DNA from: Blepharisma stoltei ATCC 30299
Taxonomy: Eukaryota; Protista; Ciliophora
DNA length: 64,000 bases
Direction: 5' to 3'
Assembly (NCBI GenBank): GCA_965603825.1
Contig: CBFDEM010000040.1
Span: forward strand, 372,001-436,000
Of this stretch, positions 63,551-64,000 are shown one piece after another (the stretch's first letter is position 1; every line of letters starts with the position of its first letter). A model generated the notes under the pieces. The model saw only the letters and a list, made by a program, of their open reading frames with translations. It was not told the origin of the DNA and ran no database searches. The translations under genes were made by a program, and so were the position numbers.

Positions 63551-63827
63551 TCTAAATCTCTCGTTTATTTTAAATTATGTTGTATTTTGCAAATATAAAT
63601 TATTGATATTTTCAGACTCTTGAGTTGATAGTTAATAAAAATATAAATGCTTATATAAACAATTAATGTTTATAACATTCATGGTGACCTATATTTCAGA
63701 TATATTTAAGTAAGTTTTGAATTAATTTATAGTCTATTTGCTTTATATCATTTTTATTTAAACGAAAAAGATCGTTTTTACTAAGATACATGGTCTTAAG
63801 AGTCTAACTGACAAGATTGTAATTTAA

Positions 63828-64000
63828 ATGGAAAAAGGTAAACTTCATAATCGCAAGACCAGCCTACCACATGGTATAGATACACTTCCCTCAAACTTCG
63901 CAGAAACTCTGCTTGAGCTAGAAATGGAAGCAGAGCTTCACTGCAACATAGATACCATCAAAGCCTTAGTAGAGCAATATTCTGTAAATTTTATTTAGAA
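63828..64000 (+). CDS. 5' part of a hypothetical protein related to the gene at 53575-54385 (runs off the window)
   Basis: MEKGKLHNRKTSL...FAETLLELEMEAE...TIKALVEQYS followed by a 15-nt intron. Confidence 0.75.
63984..63998 (+). other. 15-nt spliceosomal intron
   Basis: gtaaattttatttag. Confidence 0.82.

Noticed and set aside
1-64000. Prokaryotic or Mycoplasma/mitochondrial origin of the TGA=Trp code; CRISPR, rRNA, tRNA or telomere repeats
   Set aside because: Gene content is eukaryotic nuclear with spliceosomal introns; no repeat-spacer arrays, structural RNAs or telomeric repeats were recognised by eye.

Overview
AT-rich, gene-dense eukaryotic DNA, most consistent with the macronuclear genome of a heterotrich ciliate such as Blepharisma (inference). 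Two signatures support this. First, in-frame TGA falls at conserved Trp positions while every gene ends in TAA or TAG, so the supplied ORF track splits many genes. Second, nine tiny 15-16 nt GT..AG introns were found, all with A at position -6. About 38 protein-coding genes can be rebuilt, including a CDPK, a NAF-domain CIPK, RPL21, RPS11, SF3B1, 14-3-3, a cytosolic carboxypeptidase, a Mad3/Bub1-like protein, a PB1-ZZ-UBA autophagy receptor and a GST next to three tandem ABCC transporters. Notable items: two decayed non-LTR retrotransposon endonuclease remnants absent from the ORF track; a PDE whose acylation-type N-terminus begins at ATA; a persulfide dioxygenase with two frame disruptions in T-runs; an apparent gene-conversion tract between ABCC paralogs; and several likely pseudoenzymes. 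No rRNA, tRNA, CRISPR array or telomeric repeat was recognised. All family assignments are from motif recognition by eye, not database searches.
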